Part shown: positions 36,801 to 45,849 of the stretch, piece by piece
Layout: each line of letters starts with the position of its first letter
Position numbering within the stretch: the stretch's first letter is position 1
Translations under genes and position numbers: made by a program
Assembly: GCA_024401565.1 (NCBI GenBank)
Contig: JAKSKU010000008.1
Span: 7,034 to 71,033, forward strand
Origin: Paludibacteraceae bacterium
GTDB lineage: Bacteria > Bacteroidota > Bacteroidia > Bacteroidales > Paludibacteraceae
Length of the DNA stretch: 64,000 nucleotides
Direction of reading: 5' to 3'
The notes under the pieces: generated by a model
Told to the model about the DNA's origin: nothing
Seen by the model: the letters and a program-made list of their open reading frames with translations, nothing else
Database searches by the model: none

Positions 36801-38522
36801 TTCTTTCACATAGTCAAGATACAAACCTCCACTGCTCAAGCATTTTACCTGAAGATCGAAATCCTTTTCCTGAATATTGTATCCGCCTATATTGTAGACG
36901 TTTTTCATCATCAAATTCCACAAATCAGGATTTGACTGCGGATCTATCTCAACCGACTTGATCAGTTTTGCATACAAAGCAGGAGCATCGTTGGCAGAAC
37001 CTGACGCTGTGGTGTCCTCAATGGATGTTGTCAGTGCTGAAGAAAGCTCTCCGACACGGTAAGTCTCTCCTTTATAACGGTACTCGTATGCTACAGCCAA
37101 GACTTCTCCGTTGTTCAATGCCGTACGTAAAGAGATATATCCCAAATTCTCATTAAGGGTATATTCGTTGCTGTTAAGACGACGTGCAGACTTGATCTCT
37201 GCGTAATCCACGTCTTTTTTCAAGCCACTCAACTCTGGAATAGCTTCCGCATCATCAATCATAGTGGCAGTTCGTAACGGATGGTTCTTTGCCTTTATAC
37301 TTGAATAATTACTCCAATTCTCATTTCTTGGGCTTTTTCCCGTATTGCCAGGTTCACCCAAATCCTTAAAGGCAATGATGTTACGTGTACTTTGAGTGTT
37401 TTGATTCTGTGTTGTGGTTGTAGTATTTGTCACCCAGACATCAATATTGGTGATAACTACATCACTGGTAATCATTGGGACAGACGCCATCCATCTGTTA
37501 TAGTTGTCTCTAAAGTATGAAGACAAGAAATAATGTCTGTTTTCATCGTAATCAGCGATGTCCATCTCAAATTCCGTTGTAGACGATCCGTTCTTCGATG
37601 AAACTGTTTGTGTCTCGCTTTCCTGTTTTGAGACTACCGCAGAGACCTTCAACTTTCCGTATTGCAATTCCGTCATGATACCAAAAAGCGAATTGCTTCC
37701 AGGTATCAAAGTGGAAGAAAGAGGCAAACTGACATTACCGACATCAATCTTACGTATGATATCGTCCTCTTTTCCTTCATAACTCAATTTTACCAGCTCC
37801 TGGTCAACATCAAATGTCGACTCAGTGTTGTAGCTCATATTCATCTTGATACGGTCTCCCACCGTACCGTTGAAATTGATCTGTATCTTGGTATCGAAAT
37901 CGAAATTATTGACCTTACGATTTCTTTCTGAAATACTTGGATTATCACGTTTTGTGAAGCTCAAACCGAAATCCAGCTCCACAGTTCCTTGGAATTTCAA
38001 CTTAACTCCACCAGGGCCAAAGATCTTGTCTCCAGCAACACCAAGGCCGATTTCTATTTCATCCAGGCCAAATTTATTTCCACCGCCTCCACCATTACGG
38101 TTTTTCTCTGCCCAATACGATCTCATCGACTCTTTGAAAGCATAATCCGAGTATTCGCTAGAAGACATAGCAAAAGGAGACGCCACATCCAAGTCTCCGA
38201 TCTTACGGTGGAATATATACAATCCCGTCACCGGATCATATACAATATCCGACTGAAAATCAACACCTTCTTTTATATCAATAGGCGTCTTTTGTCTTAA
38301 ATCTGATGTCGAAATTTGGTTTGATTTTGCAATCGGGTATCGCAATTTAGTAGTGTCGGCATCTTCCCTGCTCTTCTTTTCTTCTGGTTTCTCATCACTG
38401 TTGAGAACCAGATCCTGTGCAAAGGCAGAGAGTCCTGCAAACATAGCGACAAGTGTGAAAATAAAAATTTTCACTCTTCCAAAGGACTTTATATCTAATA
38501 TCTGCTTCAAAATTGAATGCAT
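30891..38522 (-). CDS. sprA: T9SS translocon SprA (Sov)
   Basis: 2543-aa ORF with a signal peptide. Its size and composition match an outer-membrane giant beta-barrel, it lies immediately downstream of ruvA as in other Bacteroidota, and it ends ..FGFKLHFMLTE. Confidence 0.9.
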   Translation of the reverse strand: MHSILKQILDIKSFGRVKIFIFTLVAMFAGLSAFAQDLVLNSDEKPEEKKSREDADTTKLRYPIAKSNQISTSDLRQKTPIDIKEGVDFQSDIVYDPVTGLYIFHRKIGDLDVASPFAMSSSEYSDYAFKESMRSYWAEKNRNGGGGGNKFGLDEIEIGLGVAGDKIFGPGGVKLKFQGTVELDFGLSFTKRDNPSISERNRKVNNFDFDTKIQINFNGTVGDRIKMNMSYNTESTFDVDQELVKLSYEGKEDDIIRKIDVGNVSLPLSSTLIPGSNSLFGIMTELQYGKLKVSAVVSKQESETQTVSSKNGSSTTEFEMDIADYDENRHYFLSSYFRDNYNRWMASVPMITSDVVITNIDVWVTNTTTTTQNQNTQSTRNIIAFKDLGEPGNTGKSPRNENWSNYSSIKAKNHPLRTATMIDDAEAIPELSGLKKDVDYAEIKSARRLNSNEYTLNENLGYISLRTALNNGEVLAVAYEYRYKGETYRVGELSSALTTSIEDTTASGSANDAPALYAKLIKSVEIDPQSNPDLWNLMMKNVYNIGGYNIQEKDFDLQVKCLSSGGLYLDYVKESDVKGAGKEYVNKKWIYAIGADRLNSKHRRVSDGKFDFLEGYTVLASQGRIIFPVVEPFGESIRGIVADSTLQFDKLYTSIKTDAIEYAENAKFKIVGEYKSSSGSEIRIKPYAKRGSVRVVAGGRTLEEGTGYTVDYSAGIVRILDEAVLASNSQVSVTSESENMFSTQKTSLLGVNAEYKFSDQLSVGATIMHLSETPMTDKVSTGNEPKSNTIWGMNAAYTTKSNWLTKVTDALPLVEATAPSNFTIAGEFAQLIPGHNKYIEGDDGESVAYVDDFEGAESSINLMSANSWVHASTPIRQRMVNGINRSFVDNNDPFWSNDQNKEYNEYVKYGLKRSRFAWYHIDNIFQQKTSSTPKSVTIADMSNHFTRLVQETEIFPGREPRSGEPSTISTFNLAYYPKERGVYNLDVNYDPQTGELNDPQNRWGGIMRKLETTNFSKNNIEYLEFWLMDPFAEEGINENATGKLVFNIGEISEDVLHDNEIEAEERLIPEKSMERNVWGRKPMGRITGRFDYDYINSQDLGLNGLSSEEEREAEIYKRFLNEITGVSNYDAIKADPAGDDFVHFRTRDDVGILERYHYYNGMEGNSIVDNSGSYKTAGSISPNSEDINGDKTLNTREKYCEYVVDISKEAFEKVGENYIVNKTESVVSPFNEASKKITWYRFRVPVQDKSSYEIQGSEDSYKSISFTSMRFMRMYMTGFENTTYLRFAGLNLTRTEWRNINSRSDLKLFAGSDNNYTENIATNIGAMQLSSVCIEKDGDKDPIGYILPPGIERSKDPTQQQARNENEQSMRMTFTDLKPKETAAAYKRTNLDTRQYKRMRMFVHFENESDARNFEDVANGVQFYIRFGSDYTDNYYEYKVNNVRFSNPEEIKGVTDDDYRSQLVWPMEIDFEFDDFVNLKLERNKTLRGNGADPTKRFTKAYGNNELTVKGNPSFGDVRTIMMGVVNEGQEPKSFEVWVDELRMSGYNEDGGWAALGKMGFTLSDFASFDATGRIETTGFGGIESNVMDRNLEDTYSLDMSTTVQLGKLFPEKAHVNMPLTVAHSREKEMPKYDPTNTDVLLKDALSNANDALKDSLEKISVASSEQTSFALTNVRVGITSKTPMPYDPANFSFSLAFMKRNERDIDVHYDMTRTYRGNFNYSYSLSPRVLSPFKNVKFLKNKRWKLISDIGFYPMPNSYAFSLDMDRKYNEVLARDLASTEQLKGKDMLSSMTWDKEFNMNRRADIKWNFTKNLKASFATAMNSEIEESCTFNDTMDYPRMREYKYNRDHIYDLREDSLTQWAKDLRETTWRSFLAAGEPYNYTQQLNLSYAIPINKIPVLDWITANASYTGNYDWQRGVTLTPRTYVSNNDIADSKRMWNGDVRFNMETLYNKSSYLKDVNKKFSKSSLAKKANEKIAQRNDTTKKVGDDKVDEPKPSKSYERKNLRLKKGNKTRISHRLGASKLIVEAVDGEGKPYDIKYEVIDQNAINVISKEDVSNITITVKQKLRKHEKFGDVMDGIVRGLMLVRNVSGNIRVTEGTTLNGYNCGSGFLGQAGDGEPGAKFTLGFYNAADAIEDFIRNDQLGLENVINPIVLSHDQTMQVKAVLEPYSGIKFDLNAASSWNRADEIFYFDGYEKGVENLFTGSHSHTDIAIRRSSFKRGATLSSETFADFINNIEPMRRHIMATNSDKITDDVIVPLNSADVLVPAFISAYKGESLDRNKDTKLIRRIGKMLPNWKFNLDLLSKAPILKEAFKSFNITHGYKCTYNVNSFSKYPDWNLDRSADSDGFGIFREDVESEPYLVRSTKIDNVNLTEAFNPLVGINSTLKNSVRLKVEYNRNRTAGLDVPALQVVESYSKGFKVGAGYRIDDFGAIIGFANSKKKKVSNDLNLNFDVDFKNTEAFIRKFETIYNTIEERSSGLQSVKIEFTAEYVVSQALKVSFYYDRSASKPKVSSSYPITSSKFGFKLHFMLTESASRD

Positions 38523-38539
38523 TCTCTTTAAACTCGAAT

Positions 38540-39136
38540 TTATACTCTTTTTAACTGACTTAAAGCTTCCTTTATCAACTGGACAACAGTTGCATTCGGA
38601 GTGACTTTAAGGATAGACGACACAACCTTTTCTGCGGCAGCCTGTGCGCAATCCATCATTACCAATGCTGCGACAGCCTCCTGCTTTGCCTGAAGTGTAG
38701 CACTTCCAACTGATGCAGTTTCTCCATCGTCAGCATATCCTTTGATCTTATCTTTAAGCTCTATAATAATTTTCTGTGCCGTCTTTAATCCGATACCCTT
38801 AACTCCCTTAATAGCAACAACGTCATCAGACATAATGACTTTAGCCAATTCCGCTGATGTATAGGAAGATAGGATAAGACGTGCTGTATTCACACCTACT
38901 CCACTGACAGAAGTCAGAAGATTGAACACTTCACGTTCACGCTTGTCTGCAAAACCATAAAACAGGTGAGCATCCTCTCTCACAATGTGCTGGACATAAA
39001 CCTTCGCTTCACTTTTCCCTTCCAGTGCAGCATACGTTGTGAGACTGATATTTACATTGTAGCCAACCTGACCAGCTTCAATCACCAGATAGGTAGGATT
39101 AAGTTCTACAATCTTTCCTGATATATATTCGTACAT
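38540..39136 (-). CDS. ruvA: Holliday junction branch migration protein RuvA
   Basis: MYEYISGKIVELNPTYLVIEAGQVGYNVNIS, and HhH motifs GVGVNTARLILS and GIGLKTAQKIIIELK. Confidence 0.95.
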   Translation of the reverse strand: MYEYISGKIVELNPTYLVIEAGQVGYNVNISLTTYAALEGKSEAKVYVQHIVREDAHLFYGFADKREREVFNLLTSVSGVGVNTARLILSSYTSAELAKVIMSDDVVAIKGVKGIGLKTAQKIIIELKDKIKGYADDGETASVGSATLQAKQEAVAALVMMDCAQAAAEKVVSSILKVTPNATVVQLIKEALSQLKRV

Positions 39137-39390
39137 AAAGCCTATGATATCATAATTTCAGGCAAAAATAATAAATTTTATCTGATTTTTGATGACGTTT
39201 CTCAAAATTAGCATTATTTATGATTTGCCTCTTAATACCTTATTTATTACAACATAACGTCTGATTTCTCTTTTTATTGTGTTTGTCTCCAACAAATCAT
39301 TCTATTTTTGACATTTTGGGCAACCGCCATATAAACCCGCTATTTTCATTTTTCAATCGTCCTAACAATAACAAAAAGTGATTAAAACAA

Positions 39391-39418
39391 CAGAGACACC
39401 CAAAAACGGATGTCTCTG
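39391..39418 (-). terminator. Hairpin terminator after metY
   Basis: CAGAGACA/TGTCTCTG stem. The minus strand is followed by TTGTTTTAAT. Confidence 0.6.
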
Positions 39419-39446
39419 CATGAATATCTTATTGATCTACATCAAA

Positions 39447-40727
39447 TTATTTAGCCTTAGCCAAAGCCTGCTTGATATCTTCGATTAGATCATCGGCGTC
39501 TTCTATTCCAATTGAAAGACGAATCAAATCTGGAGAGACTCCTGCTTCGATAAGTTGCTCCTCTGTAAGCTGACGGTGAGTGTGCGACGCTGGGTGAAGC
39601 ACACATGAGTGACAGTCGGCAACGTGAGTGGCGATACCGATAAGCTTCAAATTATCCATGAACTTGATTGAGAATTCGCGTCCTCCCTTCAATCCGAAAC
39701 ACATAACTCCACAAGTGCCCTTTGGACAATACTTCTGCTGCAATGCGTGATCCTCATCACTCTCAAGCTCAGAGTATTTGATCCAAGCGACCTGCTCGTT
39801 AGCCTCCAAGAACTTGGCAATCTTCAAAGCGTTCTCATGATGCTGCTTCATACGACAATGAAGCGACTGCAATCCAAGGTTTAGATAGAATGCATTCTGT
39901 GGTCCTTGAATTGAACCAAGATCACGCATCAACTGCACTGTAGCTTTTGTGATATAAGCACCCTTGCCAAATGCCTTTGTATATGTCAAACCATGATATG
40001 ATGGATCCGGAGCACAAAGGCCAGGGAACTTATCCGCATATTTATCCCAATCAAAATTTCCACTATCAACGATGGCTCCACCAACAGCGACACCATGGCC
40101 ATCCATATATTTTGTAGTAGAGTGAGTTACGATATCAGCACCCCATTCGATAGGACGGCAGAACACTGGAGTTGGGAATGTATTGTCGATAATCAATGGA
40201 ACACCGTGAGAGTGGGCGATCTTAGCGTAACGCTCGATGTCAAAAACACGTACTCCTGGATTTGAAAGAGTCTCGCCGAACACCAACTTAGTGTTTGGCT
40301 TGAATGCAGCGTTGATCTCTTCGTCAGACATCTTTTCATTGACGAAAGTAACTTCGATTCCCATCTTAGGAAGAGTCGTTCCGATCAAATTGAAAGTGCC
40401 ACCATAGATATTGTTAAATGCGATAACATGGCCACCAGCCTCACAAATATTGAAGATAGCGAAGAAATTGGCAGCCTGACCTGATGATGTCAACATACCT
40501 GCCACACCACCCTCAAGTTCAGCGATTCTCGCTGCTACGTTGTCGTTAGTAGGATTCTGAAGACGTGTATAGAAATAACCAGATGCCTCAAGGTCAAAAA
40601 GTTTACCCATTGCATCAGATGACTCATATTTGAACGTTGTGCTTTGAACGATAGGCATCTGACGGCTTTCTCCGTTCGCTGGATTCCAACCTCCCTGCAC
40701 ACAGATTGTATCAATTTTTCTACTCAT
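39447..40727 (-). CDS. metY: O-acetylhomoserine aminocarboxypropyltransferase / sulfhydrylase (PLP-dependent)
   Basis: 426 aa with the PLP-lysine block VTHSTTKYMDGHG, TFKYESS.., and SLGLQ..LRL/RLSIGIED. Confidence 0.9.
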   Translation of the reverse strand: MSRKIDTICVQGGWNPANGESRQMPIVQSTTFKYESSDAMGKLFDLEASGYFYTRLQNPTNDNVAARIAELEGGVAGMLTSSGQAANFFAIFNICEAGGHVIAFNNIYGGTFNLIGTTLPKMGIEVTFVNEKMSDEEINAAFKPNTKLVFGETLSNPGVRVFDIERYAKIAHSHGVPLIIDNTFPTPVFCRPIEWGADIVTHSTTKYMDGHGVAVGGAIVDSGNFDWDKYADKFPGLCAPDPSYHGLTYTKAFGKGAYITKATVQLMRDLGSIQGPQNAFYLNLGLQSLHCRMKQHHENALKIAKFLEANEQVAWIKYSELESDEDHALQQKYCPKGTCGVMCFGLKGGREFSIKFMDNLKLIGIATHVADCHSCVLHPASHTHRQLTEEQLIEAGVSPDLIRLSIGIEDADDLIEDIKQALAKAK

Positions 40728-40914
40728 AATATCAACTTGTATTTATAGTTTAATTTCAGTTTACAAAATTAACACGCAAGAAAAAAGTGCAAAAGAAAAT
40801 AGACGATTATAGAATTATCAAGAACAAATTTAGAAATTTAAAGAAGATTGTTCTGAAAAAGCGGCGTTTTCAACCACTTTGCAGAATTAAAAATTCCAGT
40901 TCACACTTATTTTT

Positions 40915-41054
40915 GGAGATTATATAGCAGTTGTTCAAAATGAGGCTTGTTAAGGGCGCATGTTTGATTTTTGGGCCCTAACCGCTCTACCAACGTGAGC
41001 CCGCAGGGTGAGTGTATAAAAAAACGTGATTGGACAACTTGTATATAATTGCCT
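40915..41054 (+). mobile_element. MITE-like element, 140-bp copy
   Basis: Left end GGAGATTATATAGCAGTTGTTCAAAATGAGG. Right end TTGGACAACTTGTATATAATTGCC, whose reverse complement GGCAATTATATACAAGTTGTCCAA matches the left end. Flanking direct repeats TATTTTT lie at 40908-40914 and 41055-41061. Confidence 0.6.
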
Positions 41055-41081
41055 ATTTTTTACGATAAAAAGACTATGTAA

Positions 41082-41717
41082 TCAATCTGGAATGAAAAAC
41101 TTTTCAGTTTGTTGAGTCACATGTTTATAATCCTTATCATACTGTTTGCTCAAAAATCTTTCCAGTTTTCCTCTCCTATGCAACTTGACTAGTTTCTTCA
41201 TATTAGGATTACACAGTGTATCCATAATTTTCTTATACTTAATATAATACAGAGTACAAGCAGTCACAGATTTTATATGCATCTCCTTTGTATAAACTCC
41301 GACAATATTGTCTTCTATTGCAGTTTTTGTGCACGCTGCCAAAAACACAGACATGATTTCTGGACAAATCATCCATTCTTTAGAGCTTTTAGGAAAAGAA
41401 ATAAGTATGTCATCTGATTTTTCATCCCATAAAAGCACATATCTAGCGCAATAGATCCACATAAGGTCACTCTTTTCATTCGACTCGCATGGAGTATTGA
41501 GAATGAAATTAGAGCACATCAATGCGTCTTTCTTATGAGCTTTGCAATCCTCCGCATCTTCAAATCCCTCAATAGAAAGTATCTGTTGAAGATATGCTTG
41601 AGACTCCGCCGCCTCCATCTGTTCAATGGTCATTGCCTTGACATCTGTCTGAGACGCATTCGAGACAATGCAAAGTGACGTCAAAAGCAAAAGAAGAATA
41701 ATTCTAAATTTTTCCAT
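41082..41717 (-). CDS. Secreted Cys-rich hypothetical protein
   Basis: The ATG at 41717 gives the signal peptide MEKFRIILLLLLTSLCIVSNA. The longer track ORF (to 41762) would run through the leuS terminator hairpin. The mature part has 9 Cys. The gene is AT-rich and has no recognisable domain. Confidence 0.55.
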   Translation of the reverse strand: MEKFRIILLLLLTSLCIVSNASQTDVKAMTIEQMEAAESQAYLQQILSIEGFEDAEDCKAHKKDALMCSNFILNTPCESNEKSDLMWIYCARYVLLWDEKSDDILISFPKSSKEWMICPEIMSVFLAACTKTAIEDNIVGVYTKEMHIKSVTACTLYYIKYKKIMDTLCNPNMKKLVKLHRRGKLERFLSKQYDKDYKHVTQQTEKFFIPD

Positions 41718-41731
41718 AATCAAAAGAAAAA

Positions 41732-41760
41732 GGAGACAGAAAGCGAAAGCCTCTGTCTCC
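41732..41760 (-). terminator. Terminator after leuS
   Basis: Perfect 9-bp stem GGAGACAGA/TCTGTCTCC. The minus strand is followed by TTTTTCTTTT. Confidence 0.75.
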
Positions 41761-41778
41761 AATATAAAACATCAAATA

Positions 41779-44535
41779 TTAGAATACAATGTTGACAATT
41801 TTTCCAGGAACAACGATAACCTTCTTCGTTGGTTTTCCATCAAGAAGTTTGATTGTCTGTTCGTTGGCAAGTGCTGTCTTCTCTACCTCCGCCTTATCCA
41901 TATCAGCAGGAAGCTCAAGAGTGAATCTTACCTTACCGTTGAATGAGATTGGATATTTAACGCTGCTCTCCACCAAGAACTTCTCATCATAAGATGGCCA
42001 CTGAGCGTCGCAAACAGAACCTGTATTGCCAAGCATATGGTAAAGTTCCTCACAGATGTGTGGTGCGAATGGTGCAAGTACTGTGACAAACTTAGTCAAA
42101 ACCTCAGCATTCTTGCTCTTCATGCCTGTCAATTCGTTTGCACAGATCATGAATGCTGCGATAGAAGTGTTGTAAGAGAATGTCTCGATGTCTCCTGTCA
42201 CCTTCTTTACTAGCTTGTGGATTGACTTCTGCTCTTCTGCTGTAGGCTCAGCCTTAACAACGTCGAAATCATCACCAGTGAAGAACATACCCCAGAACTT
42301 CTTCAAGAATCTGTTTACACCGTCGATACCCTTTGTGTCCCAAGGCTTTGACTGCTCAACAGGTCCAAGGAACATCTCGTATAGACGCAATGTATCTGCA
42401 CCATACTTGTCAACAATATCATCCGGATTGACTACGTTGAACATAGACTTAGACATCTTCTCCACTGCCCAACCGCAAACATACTTGCCATCCTCAAGAA
42501 TAAACTCAGCAGTCTCAAACTCAGGTCGCCAAGCCTTGAATGCATCTAGGTCAAGGATATCATTGTTTACAATATTAACGTCTACATGAATAGGAGTAAC
42601 GTCATAATCCTTCTTCAATCCAAGAGACACGAATGTATTAGTATCCTTGATACGGTAAACAAAATTAGAACGTCCCTGAATCATACCCTGGTTGATAAGC
42701 TTGCGGAATGGCTCATCCTCACAAACAACGCCAAGGTCGAACAAGAACTTGTTCCAGAAACGGCTGTAGATCAAGTGACCTGTAGCATGCTCTGTACCAC
42801 CAACGTACAAATCTACGCTCTTCCAATATTGGTTAGCCTCCTTGCTTACAAGAGCATTATCGTTGTGTGGATCCATATATCTTAGGTAGTAAGCAGACGA
42901 TCCAGCGAATCCTGGCATAGTATTCAACTCGTATGGATCACCGTCTACAGTACACCAATTCTCCGCATGACCAAGAGGTGGCTCACCGCTCTCTGTTGGC
43001 TTGAAATCAGAAACCTCAGGCAACTCAAGAGGAAGCTTGCTCTCATCAAGCATGTGTGGCATACCATCCTTGTAATAAACAGGGAATGGCTCACCCCAAT
43101 ATCTCTGGCGAGAGAAGATTGCATCGCGTAGACGGTAGTTGACCTTAACCTCTCCGATGCCTTTCTCCTTGATATATTTCTTAGCTGTCTTCAAAGCCTC
43201 CTTAACAGTAAGACCATTCAAGAAACCTGAATTCATCATTATACCTTCCTTCGCGTCGAAGCTCTCCTCTGAAACGTCGGCACCCTCGATAAGAGGAATA
43301 ATAGGAAGATTGAAATGTTTAGCGAAAGCGTAGTCACGAGAATCGTGAGCAGGAACGGCCATGATAGCACCTGTACCGTAACCAGCAAGTACGTAGTCGC
43401 TGATATAAATAGGAATTTCTTTCTCTGTGATAGGATTGATAGCGTATGATCCAGAGAAGACGCCGCTAACACGACGGTCAGCGATACGCTCACGCTCTGT
43501 TCTGCGCTTAACCTGTGCAAGATAATCATCCACAGCAGCCTTCTGATCTGCAGTAGTTACCTTTGCCACATACTCGCTCTCTGGTGCAAGCACCATGAAT
43601 GTCACACCATGGATAGTATCGCAACGAGTAGTAAAAATTTTTAGCTTTAGATCCTGACCTTTAACGCAGAAGTCCATCTCTGCACCTTCACTACGTCCGA
43701 TCCAGTTCTTCTGAGTCTCCTTCAAAGCATCCGACCAATCAATATTGTCAAGTCCCTCAAGTAGACGCTGAGCGTAAGCCGACACTCTCAAACTCCACTG
43801 ACGCATCACTCTCTGCTCCACAGGATAACCGCCACGAACGCTGACACCCTCACTAATTTCATCGTTAGCAAGCACACAACCTAGTGCAGGACAGAAGTTA
43901 ACCTTTGTATCTGCAAGGTAAGCGATACGATAAGTCAAAAGCACCTGCTCTTTCTCCTTTGCAGAGTAAGACTTCCAATCTGCAGCAGAGAATTTAGAAG
44001 TGCAGTTGTTAGCTGCATTAACGTTAGCATTACCGTCTTTCTCAAACTTAGAGATTAGAGTCTCTATAGGAAGAGCCTTGTTGGCGTCATTGTCATAGTA
44101 AGAGTTGAACATCTTTATGAAAGCCCACTGAGTCCATTTGTAGTAATCAGGCTCACAAGTGCGGACCTCACGACTCCAATCGAAGCAGAATCCTATCTTA
44201 TCAAGCTGCTCACGATAACGAGCGATATTTTTAGCTGTAGTCACAGCAGGATGTTGTCCAGTCTGGATTGCGTATTGCTCAGCAGGAAGGCCATAAGAGT
44301 CATAACCCATAGGATGAAGGACATTAAATCCCTGCTGACGCTTGTATCTGGCGAAAATATCAGATGCGATATAACCAAGAGGATGACCTACATGAAGACC
44401 GGCACCTGATGGATAAGGAAACATGTCAAGAACATAGAACTTCTTTTTAGAAGCATCTTCCTTAACCTTATATGTGGCATTTTCTACCCAAAACTTCTGC
44501 CACTTTTTTTCAATTTCTGAAAATTTATAATCCAT
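41779..44535 (-). CDS. leuS: Leucine--tRNA ligase
   Basis: 918 aa with the HIGH motif LHVGHPLGY and KMSKS ([10 protein letters not shown]). Confidence 0.97.
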   Translation of the reverse strand: MDYKFSEIEKKWQKFWVENATYKVKEDASKKKFYVLDMFPYPSGAGLHVGHPLGYIASDIFARYKRQQGFNVLHPMGYDSYGLPAEQYAIQTGQHPAVTTAKNIARYREQLDKIGFCFDWSREVRTCEPDYYKWTQWAFIKMFNSYYDNDANKALPIETLISKFEKDGNANVNAANNCTSKFSAADWKSYSAKEKEQVLLTYRIAYLADTKVNFCPALGCVLANDEISEGVSVRGGYPVEQRVMRQWSLRVSAYAQRLLEGLDNIDWSDALKETQKNWIGRSEGAEMDFCVKGQDLKLKIFTTRCDTIHGVTFMVLAPESEYVAKVTTADQKAAVDDYLAQVKRRTERERIADRRVSGVFSGSYAINPITEKEIPIYISDYVLAGYGTGAIMAVPAHDSRDYAFAKHFNLPIIPLIEGADVSEESFDAKEGIMMNSGFLNGLTVKEALKTAKKYIKEKGIGEVKVNYRLRDAIFSRQRYWGEPFPVYYKDGMPHMLDESKLPLELPEVSDFKPTESGEPPLGHAENWCTVDGDPYELNTMPGFAGSSAYYLRYMDPHNDNALVSKEANQYWKSVDLYVGGTEHATGHLIYSRFWNKFLFDLGVVCEDEPFRKLINQGMIQGRSNFVYRIKDTNTFVSLGLKKDYDVTPIHVDVNIVNNDILDLDAFKAWRPEFETAEFILEDGKYVCGWAVEKMSKSMFNVVNPDDIVDKYGADTLRLYEMFLGPVEQSKPWDTKGIDGVNRFLKKFWGMFFTGDDFDVVKAEPTAEEQKSIHKLVKKVTGDIETFSYNTSIAAFMICANELTGMKSKNAEVLTKFVTVLAPFAPHICEELYHMLGNTGSVCDAQWPSYDEKFLVESSVKYPISFNGKVRFTLELPADMDKAEVEKTALANEQTIKLLDGKPTKKVIVVPGKIVNIVF

Positions 44536-44656
44536 TGTGTTTCAAATTTCTTTCTGTTTTGAAAAGTCTGGCCCACAGACGAGTGCAAAGTTAGTAAAAA
44601 ATGAAGACAATTAGATGTTGTATATGCAAAAAGGTAGTTTGCTCAATATAAAATAA

Positions 44657-44878
44657 GGAGATTATATAGCTGTACAAAATGAGGATTGTCAAGGGTCCAT
44701 GTTTGATTTTGGGCTCCAACCCACCTTACAACGCGAGCCTAAAACAAATAGGAAGGCACATAACAACTCACTGTGTTTATCATTCAAAAAATCCGGGGTC
44801 TTTGCCATCCCCAATGATCAGGCAAAGCATGAGTTGACAAACGGATACAGAATCCAAATTTGGGCAACAGTCTAATAA
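44657..44878 (+). mobile_element. MITE-like element, long/degenerate copy
   Basis: The left end GGAGATTATATAGCTGTACAAAATGAGGATTGTCAAGGG is clear. The putative right end TTGGGCAACAGTCTAATAAAAGC is only partly conserved, so the right boundary is uncertain. Confidence 0.4.
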
Positions 44879-44888
44879 AAGCAAAAAA

Positions 44889-44914
44889 GGCATCGCAATA
44901 TAAATTGCGATGCC
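44889..44914 (-). terminator. Terminator of the porP-porN operon
   Basis: GGCATCGCAAT-ATAA-ATTGCGATGCC. The minus strand is followed by TTTTTT. It lies 25 nt after the porN stop. Confidence 0.85.
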
Positions 44915-44938
44915 AATTTTCTTTAAGAAGTCTTTTTC

Positions 44939-45820
44939 TTAGTATTCCCACAAGTCAGTCTCGAAGTTGATCAAGCGAGTTTTAACCATCTCCTGCTCCT
45001 TCTTAACATCCTCAAGTGTTGCATTATACTCTAGCAAAGATCTATTCTGAATATTAGACTCTTTGTAGATGTAGCTAGAAAATCTTCTCTTCATGAACAA
45101 GTCGTCGAACGAAGGTCTAGCACCATTATTCTTATCAGTGATAAGAACCTCTGTCTGAGACAAGAAAGGACGAAGTGTTTCGAATGGAACCCAGAATAGA
45201 GGCAATGTCTCCAATCCTGTATCACCCTCTCTTTGCATTACTGGACAGAAACCAATGATACGACAGTTGAATGTAGACGAGATTCTATCGAAATACCATA
45301 CTTCCTTACAGAAGTACTTAATGATATCACGGTTAGGAACGTCTGAATCATCAATGTTAAAAATAGTATCATTAGTAATGGAATCCAACTTTGTTGTATA
45401 AGGCAAAGAGAACTTATCCATCAAGTCACGGAATTTAACAGCGTGCTGATCGTTGAAAAGCTCATTTACCTCATCATAGTCATAGACCTTAATCTTTCCA
45501 TCCTGAACCAATCTAAAGATTAGTGTGAAAAGGCTCTGTCTGTTGTCAGAAGCATCCTCAGGATAGTAAAGAGGGAAGTTCATCTTCTCACGAAGGTCGA
45601 TAATTCTATAGACAACCTTTTGCCAATAAATATCATCGGCACGTGGGTTCACCATCTCAATAGGTTCAAGACCTTCTTTTGGACCACTTGTAGGCAAGTT
45701 AGTCTGCAACTCCTCAGAAATGTTACCAGACTCATCAAAGAATGACTGGTCCTGAGCATTTGCAAGGTTTGCGAACGCAAGCAAACAAGCAGTTAAAAAC
45801 AAATTAAAACATTTTTTCAT
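44939..45820 (-). CDS. porN: T9SS ring protein PorN/GldN
   Basis: 293 aa with a signal peptide. It is the last gene of the conserved K-L-M-N cluster, and YWQKVVYRIIDLREKMNFPLYYP matches GldN. Confidence 0.88.
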   Translation of the reverse strand: MKKCFNLFLTACLLAFANLANAQDQSFFDESGNISEELQTNLPTSGPKEGLEPIEMVNPRADDIYWQKVVYRIIDLREKMNFPLYYPEDASDNRQSLFTLIFRLVQDGKIKVYDYDEVNELFNDQHAVKFRDLMDKFSLPYTTKLDSITNDTIFNIDDSDVPNRDIIKYFCKEVWYFDRISSTFNCRIIGFCPVMQREGDTGLETLPLFWVPFETLRPFLSQTEVLITDKNNGARPSFDDLFMKRRFSSYIYKESNIQNRSLLEYNATLEDVKKEQEMVKTRLINFETDLWEY

Positions 45821-45849
45821 GACTTAAACCTTTTTCAAGTTTTATTCAA

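Noticed and set aside
40728-40914. Looked for a SAM riboswitch or other leader upstream of metY
   Set aside because: I could recognise no SAM-I, SAM-II or SAM-V conserved core by eye on the minus strand. The region is AT-rich promoter-like DNA plus the MITE-like copy. A covariance-model scan (Rfam/Infernal) would be needed to be certain.
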